Of a stretch of DNA of 64,000 nucleotides, positions 19,342-29,136 are shown piece after piece. The translations under genes and the position numbers were made by a program. Below the pieces are notes generated by a model that worked only from the letters and a program-made list of their open reading frames with translations, did no database searches and was not told the DNA's origin. Where the stretch lies: contig CBDASK010000003.1 of assembly GCA_965199495.1 (NCBI GenBank), positions 1,024,001 to 1,088,000 on the forward strand, given 5' to 3'. Source of the stretch: Abditibacterium sp. (GTDB lineage: Bacteria > Armatimonadota > Abditibacteriia > Abditibacteriales > Abditibacteriaceae). The first letter of the stretch is position 1. Each line of letters starts with the position of its first letter.

Positions 19342-20634
19342 ATGATCGTTATTATTGGCGCGGGCGCCGCAGGTTTGATGGCGGGCATCGCCGCTGGCCG
19401 TTTGGGCGCGCGCGCGTGCGTTTTGGACGGCGTCAAGAAAGTCGGCGCCAAAATTTTGGTTTCGGGCGGTTCGCGCTGCAACGTCACCAACGAACACGTC
19501 GTGCCAGCACGCTTCAACGGCGAAGGAAGCGCGCCGTTTCTCGCGCGCACCCTGCGCTCGTTTTCGCCCGCCGACACGCACCGGTTTTTCCGCGAAATCG
19601 GCGTCGAACTCAAACTCGAAGCGACCGGCAAATTCTTCCCGACCTCCGACACTTCGCGCACCGTTTTGGCGGCGTTGCTAAAAGCGTTGGATGACGCCAA
19701 AGTGCCGCTTCGCACTGAAACGCCGGTTCTCAAAATTGAACAAATCGGCGAGGGCGAAACCGCGAGTTGGCGCGTGCATACTGGCGGCGCGCATCCCGAA
19801 ATCATTGAAGCGAGTTGCGTGATTTTGGCGACGGGCGGCTTAGCGTTGCCCAAAAGCGGCTCGGATGGGCGCGGCTACCGCATGGCGCGCGCGTTGGGTC
19901 ATTCGGTCGTCGAAACCACGCCCGCGTTGACGCCATTGTTGGGCAACGACGAAGTGCATCAAGCGCTTTCGGGCCGCTCGCTCCCCGCGCGATTGACTTT
20001 GTATCGCGAGGACAAACCGGCGCAAAACGAAAAATTGGCGAGTTACGAAGGTTCGCTGCTCTTTACGCATCGCGGTTATAGCGGGCCAGTCGCGCTCAAC
20101 ATCAGTCGCCACGTCGCGCGCGAGCGTTGGCAATATCCGCACGCCAGCGTTTTTGCCTCATTTTTCCCCGAAGTCAAAGAAGCCGACGAAGGCCAATTTT
20201 GGACGGAATGGTCGCAGAAATCGCCCAAGAAAAACGTGGCGAATGCTTTATCGGCGCATATGCCCGACGACATCGCCGAAACGTTGGCAGCGCGCGCGGG
20301 CGTCGAGAATTCGCCGTTGGGCCGATTGAGCCGCGAGGGCGTGGCTGCTCTGCGCGAGCAGATGTTCGCGTGTCCTTTGTCGGTCGAAGCAGTCGCACCC
20401 TATGAGAAAGCCGAAACGACGGCGGGCGGCATCGCGCTCGCCGAAATCGCGCCCGCGACGATGATGAGTCGCATCGCGCCCGGCCTCTTTTTCTGCGGCG
20501 AAATCTGCGACGTTGACGGCTGGTTGGGCGGCTACAACTTTCAGTGGGCGTGGAGTTCGGGCGTCGTCGCCGGACGCGCGGCGGCGAAATGGGAGAATCG
20601 GATGTCGGACAAACAGATGTCAGATGTCGGATGA
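19342..20634 (+). CDS. HI0933/BaiN-family flavoprotein
   Basis: GAGAAGL, KILVSGGSRCNVTN, ATGG, LFTHRGYSGP and GGYNFQWAWSSG. Confidence 0.93.
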   Translation: MIVIIGAGAAGLMAGIAAGRLGARACVLDGVKKVGAKILVSGGSRCNVTNEHVVPARFNGEGSAPFLARTLRSFSPADTHRFFREIGVELKLEATGKFFPTSDTSRTVLAALLKALDDAKVPLRTETPVLKIEQIGEGETASWRVHTGGAHPEIIEASCVILATGGLALPKSGSDGRGYRMARALGHSVVETTPALTPLLGNDEVHQALSGRSLPARLTLYREDKPAQNEKLASYEGSLLFTHRGYSGPVALNISRHVARERWQYPHASVFASFFPEVKEADEGQFWTEWSQKSPKKNVANALSAHMPDDIAETLAARAGVENSPLGRLSREGVAALREQMFACPLSVEAVAPYEKAETTAGGIALAEIAPATMMSRIAPGLFFCGEICDVDGWLGGYNFQWAWSSGVVAGRAAAKWENRMSDKQMSDVG

Positions 20635-20693
20635 ACGAAATGAAAATCACTTCGACCTATCCGAAATCTGTTATCCGACATCCGAAATCCGGC
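20598..20693. repeat. Inverted heptamer repeats (GATGTCA/G) overlapping a gene end
   Basis: GATGTCGGA...GATGTCAGATGTCGGA ... CCGACATCCGAAATCCG. Confidence 0.7.
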
Positions 20694-20694
20694 C

Positions 20695-22434
20695 CTACAA
20701 TTTCGCTTTAAAAATCGCCCATTCGATGCCTTTGGTGATGTAAATCAACAGGAAAAATCCGACCATGACGCCCATGATCGCCTCAGCGATGCTCGAAACC
20801 TGCGCGGCGTTGGCGACGGATTGCTCGATGGCATCTTTGTTGGCTTGAACGGTATCGATGATTTTGGGAACGGGCGGGCTGAACGAGAACATACCCCAAA
20901 CAGATTGCATCGCTTTGTCGAAGAGTTGAAATAATTTGGTGTAAATCGGATAGCCAACGAAACAGAGGCCGATGGTCGCGGGCAAAGCCAACGGCGAGAG
21001 CATACGGAATTTGTAGGTTTGGTGTTCCAAATAAATATAGCAACGCCCGCACGGCGGTTTGCTCTGCGAAATGCGCGTGGGCGCGCTGATGACGGCCATC
21101 GGCTCGCCGCGCACGATGCGGCCAATCATCTCTTCGTCGCAATAGCAGCCACGCCCAAACTTCCAGCAGGTCGTTTTCGCGATGAACGCCGGGCACAACA
21201 CGCGAATCGCCTCGCGGCAAAACGGCAATTTCCAGCACGGCGACATCATGTTGGCCTGACTGGCGATGGCGCGTTGCTTGGCTTCGGTCGGTCGGCCCTG
21301 ACCGACATTAGCCATTTTGGCGCGCATACGGTCGGGCAACTTCCACAGAAAATCGAACAGGTCAATTGTCGCTTTGAGGGCGCCCAGATAAAACAAAACG
21401 CGCCCCACCGAACGCAACTCTGGAATAACGTGAGGCCCAACGAGCGCGCCCGCCAGAGTTTCGCCCGCTGCGGCTTTGACCAACAATGGCGAGCCAAACA
21501 TCAGCGCGGCGCCGATGAAGGCGAAAATCGCGCCCATGCGATTGTCTTCGTAGCCCAAAATGAGCGTGGCGATGGTGGTAGCCAACAGACAAACACTGAA
21601 ACCTTTGGCAGCATATTCGATGTTGCGTAACACAACGGCGGTTTTGGGATTGGTCGCGCCCAACGTGCCCACGCCACCGAAAAAGAGCGCCGCCAGCAGA
21701 AAGGCCAGACACAAAATGCCCACGATGCCAAACACGCGTAGCGCCCACGAAGCCGGGCCTTCCAGCATATTGAGCGCGCTGCGAATGGAAGTGCCCAGCC
21801 CGAAAAACCCCGCGTTTATGTCTTCTTTGGCTTCCTCGCTAAAGACCTCTTCCGCCGCCGGAGTCGTCGGCGTGGGTGTCAGCGCCGCAGCCGCAGCGGG
21901 ATTGGGCGCCGCCGAGGGGTTGGGCACGCCAACGGGATGCAGCGCATCGGCAGCCACCGCGCTCGGAGCCACTACGCTCGGAGCCACCGCACCGGGCGTA
22001 AAAGTGGCTTTGCCCGCCGCGTTTGGTCGCGGCGCACCCGAAGCGCCCGTCCCCGCATGAAGCGGTTGCGATTGCGCGGGTTGCGCTGAACGCGTCGGCT
22101 GCGCTGGTTGGGTTGGGCGCGCGGGCGGAACGGGACGAGCCACGCCCGGAACTTGAGCTTGAGCGGCGCCGGGTTGTGTTCGTTGCTGTGGACGCGGAGC
22201 GGTTGGGCGCGCGTTGGCGACGGGTTGCCCCGCGACGGGCGGCGCGACGGGTTGCGCGGGCGCCGGTTGCGCCGGAGTTTGCGCGGGCGTCTGCGAGAGA
22301 AAAGAGAAATCGTCCTCTTCTTCTGCGGGCGCGGGCGCGTTAGCGGGCGGCGTGGCTGCTGTTGGAGGCGACGGTTCAGGTTGTGGAAGCGCCGCTTCGG
22401 GCTTATCTTCGTCGGAAAAATGGAATGATGACAT
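20695..22434 (-). CDS. Membrane protein with Pro/Ala-rich N-terminus and a Cys cluster
   Basis: Low-complexity N-terminus, about 6 TM, PCWKLPFC...CPA...CWKFGRGCYC...CGRC. Confidence 0.75.
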   Translation of the reverse strand: MSSFHFSDEDKPEAALPQPEPSPPTAATPPANAPAPAEEEDDFSFLSQTPAQTPAQPAPAQPVAPPVAGQPVANARPTAPRPQQRTQPGAAQAQVPGVARPVPPARPTQPAQPTRSAQPAQSQPLHAGTGASGAPRPNAAGKATFTPGAVAPSVVAPSAVAADALHPVGVPNPSAAPNPAAAAALTPTPTTPAAEEVFSEEAKEDINAGFFGLGTSIRSALNMLEGPASWALRVFGIVGILCLAFLLAALFFGGVGTLGATNPKTAVVLRNIEYAAKGFSVCLLATTIATLILGYEDNRMGAIFAFIGAALMFGSPLLVKAAAGETLAGALVGPHVIPELRSVGRVLFYLGALKATIDLFDFLWKLPDRMRAKMANVGQGRPTEAKQRAIASQANMMSPCWKLPFCREAIRVLCPAFIAKTTCWKFGRGCYCDEEMIGRIVRGEPMAVISAPTRISQSKPPCGRCYIYLEHQTYKFRMLSPLALPATIGLCFVGYPIYTKLFQLFDKAMQSVWGMFSFSPPVPKIIDTVQANKDAIEQSVANAAQVSSIAEAIMGVMVGFFLLIYITKGIEWAIFKAKL

Positions 22435-22511
22435 AAAAGTGGCCTGAAAATCGTTTGATACCAGTCTCCCTCTTTCACGCGCTCTTTTCAAAAGAAAAGT
22501 TTAAGAATCCG

Positions 22512-22548
22512 CAAAGGCCGCGCAGAACCATTTTCCGCGCGGCCTTTA
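22512..22548 (-). terminator. Hairpin downstream of the chlorite dismutase-family gene
   Basis: AAAGGCCGCGC...GCGCGGCCTTT. Confidence 0.6.
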
Positions 22549-22567
22549 GTTCGAGAGAAGTTGTGTT

Positions 22568-23308
22568 TTACAACGTTTCCAAAACTTCTTCGATGGTGCC
22601 TTTGATGCCCGTCACAATTGGCGTATCGCGCACGGTGTATTTGCTGCCCTGCGTTTCGCGCAGTTCCATCACCAAGTCCACGAAATCTTCGGGATAATCG
22701 CCCTCAAAAGCGACGACGAAATCCTGATCGTCAATGCCGAACGAATAAGTCGTGTTGAGCTTCACCGTCGGATATTTGTTGCCAACCCAGATATGCTCGT
22801 CCATCACTTCCTGACGGACTTCGTGGGGCGCCAGATACCAATCGCGGCTTTTGACGAACGGATAAACAAACACGAATTTGCCTCGGCCCGGCTTAATCGT
22901 GGAACGCACATCGTCGTGTTCGGGGTTGAGTTTGTCCACGTAAACGCTGCGCTTGCTCATGGACAAAAACGCCAGCGACGGCACGCAATATTTGCCCAGT
23001 TCCGTGCGCGAAAGCTCGACTTGCATTTGCTGCAAGCGTTCGAGTTTGTAGTCAATGCGCCACAGAAAAAAGTCGCAATCGGCGCGCAGACCAACCGTGG
23101 AATAAGGCACTGTAATCGTGCCGCTCTCGCTATATTTTTTGACGACACCAGCATATTCGGCGCGCGCGGCGGCTTGCTCGTCGGCGGACAAGCGGCGAAA
23201 GGCCGGATCGAGTTTAAGAAAGAAAAACGAGATGAACTGGCGCGGCGTGCGGTCTGCGGGATTTTTAGGCGTGACGGGATCGGGCAAAGTGCGGGGTGTT
23301 GGTTTCAT
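22568..23308 (-). CDS. Chlorite dismutase family / coproheme decarboxylase (ChdC/HemQ-like)
   Basis: YSTVGLRADCD, VYPFVKSRDWY, MDEH and YSFGIDDQDFVVAFE. Confidence 0.87.
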   Translation of the reverse strand: MKPTPRTLPDPVTPKNPADRTPRQFISFFFLKLDPAFRRLSADEQAAARAEYAGVVKKYSESGTITVPYSTVGLRADCDFFLWRIDYKLERLQQMQVELSRTELGKYCVPSLAFLSMSKRSVYVDKLNPEHDDVRSTIKPGRGKFVFVYPFVKSRDWYLAPHEVRQEVMDEHIWVGNKYPTVKLNTTYSFGIDDQDFVVAFEGDYPEDFVDLVMELRETQGSKYTVRDTPIVTGIKGTIEEVLETL

Positions 23309-23403
23309 GGAATCACCCAAGACGAGATAGAGGCGAATAGGAAACCGAAAAATTCGCGTACTCACTTATTTTGATGTCAGTCATGCTCACCTCAAAATAA
23401 GTT

Positions 23404-25482
23404 TTACCCGTAAACTTTGCTCCACCCCTGTTGAATCGTGCCCAGCGCGCCGACGTTAAAGCGTTCGTCGCGCGGCAATCCCCCAAGTTGCACGCCTTTG
23501 GATTTGGCCGTGGCTGCTGTGAACGGATTTTTTTCGATGGCAGACGAGGGCGAGATTTCGGTCGGGCGAAAACCGCTTTGCAACAACGCTTTTTGCGCGC
23601 CCTCGCTTTTGAGATAAGTCAAGAAAGCTGCGCGGCCTCCGGCGACTTCGAGTGGCGCGCCCACGCGTTCGACGGCGCAAAACGGATGGTCGGCGAGCGC
23701 GGTGCGCGGCAGATAATAAATCTCCAACGCCTTGCCCTGCCCAATCCAACTGAGCGCGTCGCTTTCGTAAGCCACCGCCCAACCATAGCGGCCCGTCGTG
23801 CCCAAAACCATATCTTTGATCATCGCGTCGGGCGCGGCCACGCTCGACGGCACGTTGTCTTCAAATCCGGCCATCCACTTCCAAAACGCCGGGTTTTGCG
23901 CGGCTTCGAGCGCGGATTTGCCCTTGGTGGGGGAAATGTTCTGGCCCCACTCGCGCGCCATCGAATAGCGCGCGAAAGCGCCGATCAGGGATTGGCGCGG
24001 ATCACTCAAACCGAAACGACCTTCCGCGTTTTTCATCACCAAGTTGCGCAGCGCGGCCCAGCTACTAATTTTGTGATTGGGAAACGCGGCGCGCAACGCG
24101 GCGGCTTGGTCGGAGCGCGCCACTAAAACCATCGGCGTTTGGGCCAGCGACTCGCCGATTTGCAAAATCGGGCGTTTGGCGGCGGGCGCCAACTGATTGT
24201 AATATTGCGCGTAACTGGCGCTGGACGGAATCCAACCGTCAATTTGGTCGCCACTTTTGCCCAGCGCGCGCTGAATCGCGACCTTCGACTCGACGCTCTG
24301 CACCACGATATCGTAGGGCGCTCCGGCAGGTGTGCTTTCCCAGGCGAAGCTGGCGCGCTCGACGGCGTCCTTCATTTCGGGCGCGACCGCCAGCACAATC
24401 GGCGTGCGGCCCGAACTGGTCGCCACGGCGGGCGTATTGGCAAAACGTTGAATAGTGATGGTCAGCAAAACGCCGGTGATGGCGATCATCAAATTGAGCG
24501 AAGTCGGCGACAATTTGCGCCGCGAAGTCGCGTCATCGGTTTCGACCACAACGCGAGATCGCGATTTTTTGCGAGCGCCCGCCGAGCGCGTAGTCGGCCC
24601 GGTGAACGGCTGCGCATTGGGATTGGACGCGCGCCGACGACGAATATCGGCGGCCTCTTGCGCCGTGATAACCGTCGCGCGCGCGGCCTCGAAAGGTTGC
24701 TGGTGAGCGCTATCTTCAACGGGCGTGGCTGCTTGCGAAGTGCCGCCATTTTTCACCTCCGGCGCGCGATGCTCCGAAACTGCTGCGCTCACCGCAACCA
24801 CGCCGTCGCTATGCTGCGTTGGTTCTTTGCGCGTTGGCTCGCTTTGCGCGGCGTGGCTCACAACAGGCGCATCGAGATTGCGCCGCCGCTTGCCGCGCGA
24901 AAAATCGAGCTGAAGTTCGTCATTGGCGGCTGGCTCGCCCGCGTTCATGTGCGGAAGGGCGGACAAATCTAAATCGGGCGCGTCAAAGGTTTCTGTCGCA
25001 TTCGCCTCGTTTTTTGGTGGGCGCTGCGAAATGGTTTGCGAGGGCAACAATTCCAATTCAGCGCCGGTGAGCGCCGCTTCAACAACGCGGCGGGCCTCGC
25101 CAATTTCTTCGCGCGCGCGCTGGGGCAATAAGGCTTCGTCGAAACTCAGACTTTTATTGCCGCGCAGAGACGCGATAAATTCCACGTAATTCTGCGCTGC
25201 GCCATTGTTTTCGAGGTGCAACCGGCACTGCTCATCGTAACGCGCGCGCCAATCGGAATCGAGCATCACGCGGCGACACTGCGGCAAAACGCGCTCGACG
25301 AGCGCGCGATAATAGTCGCGCCGCGCCGGATTGCGGTGCTCGCTATTGGACGCCGCATCGGAATACGCCCGGCCAATGCGCCGACGAATCGCATCCTCAT
25401 CGGCGTCGGGCGCGATGTCCAACAAAGCGTAATAATTAATCCACTGACCATCAATTTGTGGCGCGGAATCAGTTGTCGTCAT
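23404..25482 (-). CDS. J-domain-like N-terminus + TM + extracellular substrate-binding-like domain
   Basis: NYYALLDI...DWRARYD; C-terminal WIPSS, SLAQTPMVL, SDPRQS, AYES, ADHP and SGFRP. Confidence 0.75.
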   Translation of the reverse strand: MTTTDSAPQIDGQWINYYALLDIAPDADEDAIRRRIGRAYSDAASNSEHRNPARRDYYRALVERVLPQCRRVMLDSDWRARYDEQCRLHLENNGAAQNYVEFIASLRGNKSLSFDEALLPQRAREEIGEARRVVEAALTGAELELLPSQTISQRPPKNEANATETFDAPDLDLSALPHMNAGEPAANDELQLDFSRGKRRRNLDAPVVSHAAQSEPTRKEPTQHSDGVVAVSAAVSEHRAPEVKNGGTSQAATPVEDSAHQQPFEAARATVITAQEAADIRRRRASNPNAQPFTGPTTRSAGARKKSRSRVVVETDDATSRRKLSPTSLNLMIAITGVLLTITIQRFANTPAVATSSGRTPIVLAVAPEMKDAVERASFAWESTPAGAPYDIVVQSVESKVAIQRALGKSGDQIDGWIPSSASYAQYYNQLAPAAKRPILQIGESLAQTPMVLVARSDQAAALRAAFPNHKISSWAALRNLVMKNAEGRFGLSDPRQSLIGAFARYSMAREWGQNISPTKGKSALEAAQNPAFWKWMAGFEDNVPSSVAAPDAMIKDMVLGTTGRYGWAVAYESDALSWIGQGKALEIYYLPRTALADHPFCAVERVGAPLEVAGGRAAFLTYLKSEGAQKALLQSGFRPTEISPSSAIEKNPFTAATAKSKGVQLGGLPRDERFNVGALGTIQQGWSKVYG

Positions 25483-25615
25483 CGTGTGTAATCCTCGAAT
25501 AATCGCGGCAATCTCGCCTCACAAAAAGAAGAAGTGAAACTATTAACACTCTTTTTGCCATATAATTCGACTGATTTGATACTTTGGGACAACAATCATT
25601 TTTTCGCTCCCGTAT

Positions 25616-26092
25616 TCAGCGCATAAAGCTCAACTTTTGCAGTTGCCATTTTCCCGCGCGCGGCACCAAGCGAATATAAACCACGGTCGCCTCGCCGATG
25701 GATTTATGCTGCACGCCGATGAGCCGGTGCGTATAATCCACGAACGGCGGGAACAGACAAACGCGACCGCCAAACGTAAGGCTGCCGCCCGCAGCAGGCG
25801 CCCAGCGCTCGATGGTGCCGTTAGTTTTCTCAAACTGCGCGAACCGATTCGCCATATCGGTTTGCGTCATCGAATCGCGCAGTTCGGGCGCTAACATTTC
25901 ATAAGCGCGCTTATAATCGTGGTTCTGGCAATCTTTATAAAACGTGTTGAGCGCGGCTTCCGAATCGCGCGACATACGCGGCGCGGTGCGCAAAGCGTAT
26001 CCCAGCAGACCGGCGAAACAAAACGCGACGACCACGCCGAGTTGCAAACCGACACGAATGTGGCGGGGTAATTTCGCGAAGTAGTGGAACAT
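25616..26092 (-). CDS. Hypothetical single-TM protein (NTF2-like fold possible)
   Basis: N-terminal TM, DYKRAYEMLAPELR and GKWQL. Confidence 0.65.
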   Translation of the reverse strand: MFHYFAKLPRHIRVGLQLGVVVAFCFAGLLGYALRTAPRMSRDSEAALNTFYKDCQNHDYKRAYEMLAPELRDSMTQTDMANRFAQFEKTNGTIERWAPAAGGSLTFGGRVCLFPPFVDYTHRLIGVQHKSIGEATVVYIRLVPRAGKWQLQKLSFMR

Positions 26093-26095
26093 GGT

Positions 26096-26482
26096 TTAAG
26101 ATTTCGGGCGCGACGCCGATGGGCGCAGCGTCGCCGACCAAACCCAGAACATCAGAACGAATTGCAGCGGCAAACGCGCCCACAAAAGCGCATCGGGAAT
26201 TTGATACCCGCCCGGCACGACTTTATCGGTCGCCATATAAATGTTGGCCGGAAATATCGCCAACAACAGCGCAAGCAAACCCCAACCCGCCGCGCGCCGT
26301 GTTTTGGGAATCGCCACGCCAACGCCTCCAGCGATTTCGGCCAAACCGCTCAGATAAACGAGCGCGAGCGGAAACGGCAAATAGGGCGGCATGATTTCGG
26401 CGTAGAGCGCGGGCGAACGAAAATGATTGGCGCCGCCCGCGATGAACAGCAGCGAAATTAACGCGCGGGAAAGGAGAAGCAT
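26096..26482 (-). CDS. DoxX family membrane protein
   Basis: AGGANHF, MPPYLP, SGLAEIAGG, IFPANIYMA and RLPLQ. Confidence 0.9.
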   Translation of the reverse strand: MLLLSRALISLLFIAGGANHFRSPALYAEIMPPYLPFPLALVYLSGLAEIAGGVGVAIPKTRRAAGWGLLALLLAIFPANIYMATDKVVPGGYQIPDALLWARLPLQFVLMFWVWSATLRPSASRPKS

Positions 26483-26554
26483 GGGGATTTAAAGCAGGAC
26501 GCGGGCGCCGTGGCTTGTCTTGAGCGTTGGAGCGAGGCGCTCGTTGGAAACTAA

Positions 26555-26717
26555 TAGACCTTTTGGTGCCAGCGAATGAATTCGCGGCTGGGAAGCCTTC
26601 GGCTGGCAGTCCGCCTGCGCGGACACGAAGAACCGTTGAATGCTCTTGTCCGCGCAGGCGGACTGCCAGCCGAAGGCTTCCCAGCCGCGAATTCATTCGC
26701 TGGCACCAAAAGGTCTA
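26555..26717. repeat. Perfect ~70 bp-arm palindrome with TAGACCT...AGGTCTA ends (REP/MITE-like)
   Basis: TAGACCTTTTGGTGCCAGCGAATGAATTCGCGGCTGGG...GCGGACA with its exact reverse complement. Confidence 0.92.
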
Positions 26718-26727
26718 ATAAACCGCA

Positions 26728-27690
26728 TTACGCCAAATCGAGCGCGTCCACGATGCGTTGCATCGCGTCGGGCAACGGCGCCTCGAACTCCATCGTTTCG
26801 CCCGTAATTGGATGCGCGAATTTGATGTATCGGGCGTGCAGGGCTTGCGTGCCCAACGCTTCGAGCGCCGCCGTGGCTGCTGCGTTGGGCGCGCAATCGA
26901 GCGCGCGATGATAGCCGCCATAAAGCGGGTCGCCCGCGACGGCGTGGCCGATGTAGGCCAGATGCACGCGAATCTGGTGCGTGCGCCCGGTTAACAAATC
27001 AACCGACAATTGCGCGAATTTCTCCCACTTTTTCTCAACGATATATTCAGTGAACGACGGGCGACCTTCGGGGCGCACGCTCATCTTTTTGCGGTTGGAC
27101 GCCGAGCGCGCAATCGGTGCCTCGATGCGGCCCCGCGTGGGCGGAATGCCGCAGCAGATCGCCCAGTACTTCTTTTCGATTTCGCGCGCCGAAAACGCCG
27201 CCGACAGTTTTTCGTGCGCCGCGTTGGTTTTGGCGATCAGCATCACGCCCGACGTGTCTTTGTCCAAACGGTGAACGATGCCGCTACGATGAAGCGGCCC
27301 CAAATCGGACAACGGAATCTGGCGCGCTTTGAGCAAATCTACCAGCGTAACTTGCACTTCGCCCGCGCCGGGATGCACGCTCAAATCGCGCGGTTTGTTC
27401 AAAACCAAAATATCGTCGTCCTGATACAAAAATTCGAGCGGGCGCGCCAACTGACTGGCGCTAAACTTGGCCTGCGTTTTGGCGACTTTGTCCAAACCCA
27501 CATTCGGGTCGAACGACAATTCGTCGCCTTCCTTTAAGTTGTGCGACGCTTTGACGGCGCCACCGTTGAGCGTGGCGCTTTTGATGATTTCGCGCGCCCT
27601 TGCGCGAGAAATTTCCAACCGACTGCTCAAAAAGGCGTCCGCCCGCATGCGGGCGTCGTCTGGCCCGGCCTGTAACACTTGATTATCCAT
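26728..27690 (-). CDS. RluA/RluD family pseudouridine synthase (with S4 domain)
   Basis: NKP, GIVHRLDKDTSG, TGRTHQIRVH and QALHA. Confidence 0.94.
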   Translation of the reverse strand: MDNQVLQAGPDDARMRADAFLSSRLEISRARAREIIKSATLNGGAVKASHNLKEGDELSFDPNVGLDKVAKTQAKFSASQLARPLEFLYQDDDILVLNKPRDLSVHPGAGEVQVTLVDLLKARQIPLSDLGPLHRSGIVHRLDKDTSGVMLIAKTNAAHEKLSAAFSAREIEKKYWAICCGIPPTRGRIEAPIARSASNRKKMSVRPEGRPSFTEYIVEKKWEKFAQLSVDLLTGRTHQIRVHLAYIGHAVAGDPLYGGYHRALDCAPNAAATAALEALGTQALHARYIKFAHPITGETMEFEAPLPDAMQRIVDALDLA

Positions 27691-28384
27691 GAAATTGAAA
27701 CCACTTCTGCTGAGCGCCCTGCTCGCTTTTTCCGCGTGTATCGGCGTTTCTCACGCTCAAACCGCCAAACCCTTCGTCGTCGTGATCGATCCGGGGCACC
27801 CGTCCGAAACGGCGGCGGGCGCCGAGGCCAACGGACTCAGCGAAAACCGCATCAACTGGCAAGTCGCCAACCGTTTGGCGACGCATTTGTCGAAGTTGGG
27901 TATTACAACTTACCTCACCAAGCGCAGTGTCAACGAGAAAGTCACCAATCGGGCGCGCGCCGAAATGGCGAATAATGTCAACGCCTCGCTCTTAATTCGG
28001 CTGCACTGCGACGCGGGCGGCGGCAACGGTTATTCGTGGTATTATCCCGACCGCGCGGGCACCAAGTATGGCGTAACCGGCCCGCCGAAATCGGTGCAAC
28101 TTCAAAGCAAGCGCGCTGCTTATGTTTTGAATGAGGCGATGAAACCGGTTTTGAAGGGTTACTTGCAAGCCAATTCCATTAAGACCGATGCAGCCACCGG
28201 CGTTGGCGGCAAGCAGGGCGGCGTTTTGACCGGCTCGATTTTCGCGCGCGTGCCGACCGCGCTTATTGAAATGGCGTTCATCACCAACCGACGCGACGCC
28301 CAGTTTATCGGCAGCGCCGCCGGACAGGAAAAGATGGCGCAGGCGTTGACGGCGGGCATTCTGGCGTGGAAAGCGAAAATGTAA
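27689..28384 (+). CDS. N-acetylmuramoyl-L-alanine amidase (Amidase_3)
   Basis: Signal peptide, VIDPGH, RAEMAN, LHCD and LIEMAFITN. Confidence 0.9.
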   Translation: MKLKPLLLSALLAFSACIGVSHAQTAKPFVVVIDPGHPSETAAGAEANGLSENRINWQVANRLATHLSKLGITTYLTKRSVNEKVTNRARAEMANNVNASLLIRLHCDAGGGNGYSWYYPDRAGTKYGVTGPPKSVQLQSKRAAYVLNEAMKPVLKGYLQANSIKTDAATGVGGKQGGVLTGSIFARVPTALIEMAFITNRRDAQFIGSAAGQEKMAQALTAGILAWKAKM

Positions 28385-28410
28385 TGTCGAGTTCATTCGC
28401 CTCTAAATAA

Positions 28411-28980
28411 ATGCAAATCACTCCGACATCTCTGCCCGAAGTCTCGATTCTCGAACCGCGCGTTTTCGGCGATACGCGCGGTTTTTTCATGGAAACCTAT
28501 TCGGCGCGCGCTTTCGCTGCCGCAGGAATCGAGCGCGCGTTTGTGCAGGACAACCATTCGCTTTCGGTGCGCGGCACGTTGCGCGGTCTGCATTATCAAT
28601 TGCAACATCCGCAGGGCAAATTATGTCGCGTGGTGCGCGGCGCGGTCTGGGACGTGGCCGTAGACATCCGGCGTGGCTCGGCAACGTTCGGCCAACACGT
28701 CAGCACGCTTCTCAGCGATCACAACAAACGCCAGCTTTACGTGCCGCGCGGTTTTGCCCACGGTTTTTTGGTCTTGTCTGACGAAGCCGAATTTCTATAT
28801 AAATGCGATGATTATTACGCGCCCGGCGACGAATACAGTCTGCGGTGGGACGACGAGAAACTTGGCATCGAATGGCCGTTGGGCGAATATGACATCGGCG
28901 CGCCATTGCTTTCGGACAAAGACGGTCGCGCGCCACAACTGGGCGAAATAAGCGACGCGAATTTACCGCAATTTATTTAA
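28411..28980 (+). CDS. rfbC: dTDP-4-dehydrorhamnose 3,5-epimerase
   Basis: FGDTRGFFME, VQDNHS, LRGLHYQ and GFAHGF. Confidence 0.96.
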   Translation: MQITPTSLPEVSILEPRVFGDTRGFFMETYSARAFAAAGIERAFVQDNHSLSVRGTLRGLHYQLQHPQGKLCRVVRGAVWDVAVDIRRGSATFGQHVSTLLSDHNKRQLYVPRGFAHGFLVLSDEAEFLYKCDDYYAPGDEYSLRWDDEKLGIEWPLGEYDIGAPLLSDKDGRAPQLGEISDANLPQFI

Positions 28981-29136
28981 TAACTCCGTGCGAACTTCGC
29001 GCGGCGGTTTGAGTGCCATTAGCAGATTCTGCGCTCTTTGTGCGGTTTTAAGTGTCTTTAACACCCTCAAGATTTGTAAGATTTAACCGGGCTTGTTTCA
29101 AATTCATTTCGCATTATCGCACAAGCCTTCGTTCCC

